From contig OY968764.1 in NCBI GenBank assembly GCA_963695335.1, positions 192,001 to 256,000 on the forward strand: 64,000 nt of DNA, written 5' to 3'. The notes below the pieces were generated by a model. That model saw only the letters and a list, made by a program, of their open reading frames with translations. It had not been told where the DNA came from and did not search any database. Numbering within the stretch: the first letter of the stretch is position 1; each line of letters opens with the position of its first letter. This document shows, piece by piece, positions 62,320-64,000 of this stretch. Position numbers and translations under genes: made by a program. Source of the DNA: an uncultured bacterium (GTDB lineage Bacteria > Babelota > Babeliae > Babelales > Vermiphilaceae).

Positions 62320-62458
62320 GCGCTCACTTCCCCCATCTTCAATTCCTTCCGACGGGGACCCCGATTCAGCCCCATTTCCATTTCATTCCAATGGGGACCC
62401 CAATTGGAGTAAAACGCAAATTGGGGATAAAACGTAGTAAAATGTATCGAAGGATATG
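62320..62458. repeat. Composite repeat: two family B units inside a family A-like element
   Basis: gcgctcac..[ccccatcttcaattccttccgacggggacccc][ccccatttccatttcattccaatggggaccccaattgga]..tgtatcgaagg. Confidence 0.6.
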
Positions 62459-62513
62459 CAAAAATTTATAAAAAACTGTATCCTAAAATAAAATATATTT
62501 TAAGGATTCCATT

Positions 62514-63776
62514 ATGCTTATTCCTCGCGTCAAAGGCACACAAGATTTTATCGATTGCACACTCTACAACTTTATTATTGATGCAATCAAAAAACATCTC
62601 ACAACATACCATTTCACTGAGATTCAAACACCAATCCTCGAATCAATCGACCTTTTTCAACGCTCGCTTGGGCAGCACACTGATGTGGTTTCTAAAGAAA
62701 TGTTTGTCATCGAATCCCGCAATGAAGATACTAAAGAGCGCATCTGCTTACGCCCAGAAGGCACCGCTTCTATTGTACGCGCATTCAATGAACATCGCAT
62801 TGAAACATTACCATGGAAAGTATTTTCACATGGCCCAATGTTCAGATACGAACGCCCTCAAAAAGGAAGATTCCGCCAATTCCACCAAGTAACTATGGAA
62901 GTAATTGGATCAGGTTCAATTTCTCAAGATGTGCAATTTATTGCAATGCTCGATCGCTTTTTTCATGAAATATTAAACATCAATAGCTACGCACTTGTAC
63001 TGAACTTTTTGGGATGTTCGCAAGATCGCGAACAATATTTAAACATTTTGCGACAATTTATGAATAAACCTGAAGTTGCACAAAATATCTGTGATAATTG
63101 CCGCGAAAGAAAAGAACACAATATCATGCGCATTTTTGATTGCAAAAATCCGCAATGCCAAGAATTATACAAAAATGCTCCGCACATTGCAGACAACCTT
63201 TGCCCGATTTGTGCACAAGAATGGCATGATTTGCAAAAACAGTTAAATCTTTTATCCGTTTCGCATGCATACAAACCAACATTGGTCCGTGGACTTGATT
63301 ATTACACCAAAACAGTATTTGAATTTGTAAGTGAAAATCTTGGCGCACAAAACACATTCTGTGGTGGTGGAAGATACAATCAACTCATCAAAGAACTTGG
63401 CGACAATCAAGATCAACCTGCCGTTGGTGCTGCATTTGGCATGGAACGGCTTATGCTGCTTCTTGAGCCATTCAAAAATCAATTGGCAATACCGCAACCT
63501 CCTGCACTTCACATGATTATTCCTATGACTCCTGCACAACACACATTGGCATTACTCCTTGCTGATGAACTGCAAGCGCAGAATATTTGCACTGATATAC
63601 TTTTTGAAGGCTCTATAAAAAATATGATGAAAAAAGCAAACAAACTTGGCGCTGCATATGCACTCATTTTGGGTGAAACGGAACAAGAAAATCGCACGGT
63701 TACACTCAAAAATATGGTTACAGGAACTGAAGAAGTTGTTGCTCAAATTGATGTTGTTGCAAGATTGAAAAAGTAA
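62514..63776 (+). CDS. hisS: Histidine--tRNA ligase
   Basis: RVKGTQD, KEMF, LRPEGTA, FRYERPQKGRFRQFHQ, LVRGLDYY, GGGRY, AFGMER. Confidence 0.98.
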   Translation: MLIPRVKGTQDFIDCTLYNFIIDAIKKHLTTYHFTEIQTPILESIDLFQRSLGQHTDVVSKEMFVIESRNEDTKERICLRPEGTASIVRAFNEHRIETLPWKVFSHGPMFRYERPQKGRFRQFHQVTMEVIGSGSISQDVQFIAMLDRFFHEILNINSYALVLNFLGCSQDREQYLNILRQFMNKPEVAQNICDNCRERKEHNIMRIFDCKNPQCQELYKNAPHIADNLCPICAQEWHDLQKQLNLLSVSHAYKPTLVRGLDYYTKTVFEFVSENLGAQNTFCGGGRYNQLIKELGDNQDQPAVGAAFGMERLMLLLEPFKNQLAIPQPPALHMIIPMTPAQHTLALLLADELQAQNICTDILFEGSIKNMMKKANKLGAAYALILGETEQENRTVTLKNMVTGTEEVVAQIDVVARLKK

Positions 63777-63961
63777 TGGAATATAAAGGTTATTTTGGAG
63801 AAATAACTTACGATGATGAAGCAAAAATATTTCATGGTGAAGTAATTGGCCTTAAAGACATTATCACATTTCAAGGAAGAAGTACCAACGAGCTCGAGAA
63901 AGCGTTTCAAGATTCTATTAATAATTATCTTGCATGGTGCAAAGAGTTAAAAAAAATATAA
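63776..63961 (+). CDS. HicB-like antitoxin, N-terminal domain only
   Basis: MEYKGY...IFHGEVIGLKDIITFQG..ELEKAFQDSI..YL.WC; no C-terminal DNA-binding domain. Confidence 0.75.
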   Translation: MEYKGYFGEITYDDEAKIFHGEVIGLKDIITFQGRSTNELEKAFQDSINNYLAWCKELKKI

Positions 63962-64000
63962 CGTTCGTGTTGATGCTTCGTCATACTCACCAGTAAACGC

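Overview
AT-rich bacterial chromosome segment. The gene content points to an obligate intracellular parasite of protists, most likely Candidatus Dependentiae (Babeliae/TM6). This is an inference from the many lineage-specific signal-peptide proteins, ankyrin/RING effectors, large C-terminal-aromatic outer-membrane proteins, split ATP synthase operon and Chlamydia-like RNR. Housekeeping genes include recD2, atpE/F/F'/H/A, tRNA-Arg(UCU), a TrmH-family methylase, thioredoxin, nrdAB (class Ic signature, heavily frameshifted), namZ, hppA, pyrF, a pyrD-pyrE fusion, murE, an AGCS symporter, ruvX, tsaB, rsmE, secA (two frameshifts) and hisS. Accessory content includes a ~6.7 kb island at the tRNA-Arg 3' end (GIY-YIG nuclease, Rep-like protein, TA modules, IS982, and two conserved start-less 36-codon tails joined at the tRNA GTGCCA core), an ISAs1 element, an ORF-less class IIC group II intron, and three families of short palindromic repeats, one inserted in frame inside proteins. 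The most unusual observations are: (1) late UMP-biosynthesis enzymes carrying signal peptides; (2) a shared 'signal peptide + Met' architecture across about 13 secreted proteins; (3) the tRNA-island att tails; (4) the in-frame palindromic element family beside a GIY-YIG gene; and (5) an apparently Na+-based bioenergetic set. All calls come from reading motifs by eye; no database searches were run.
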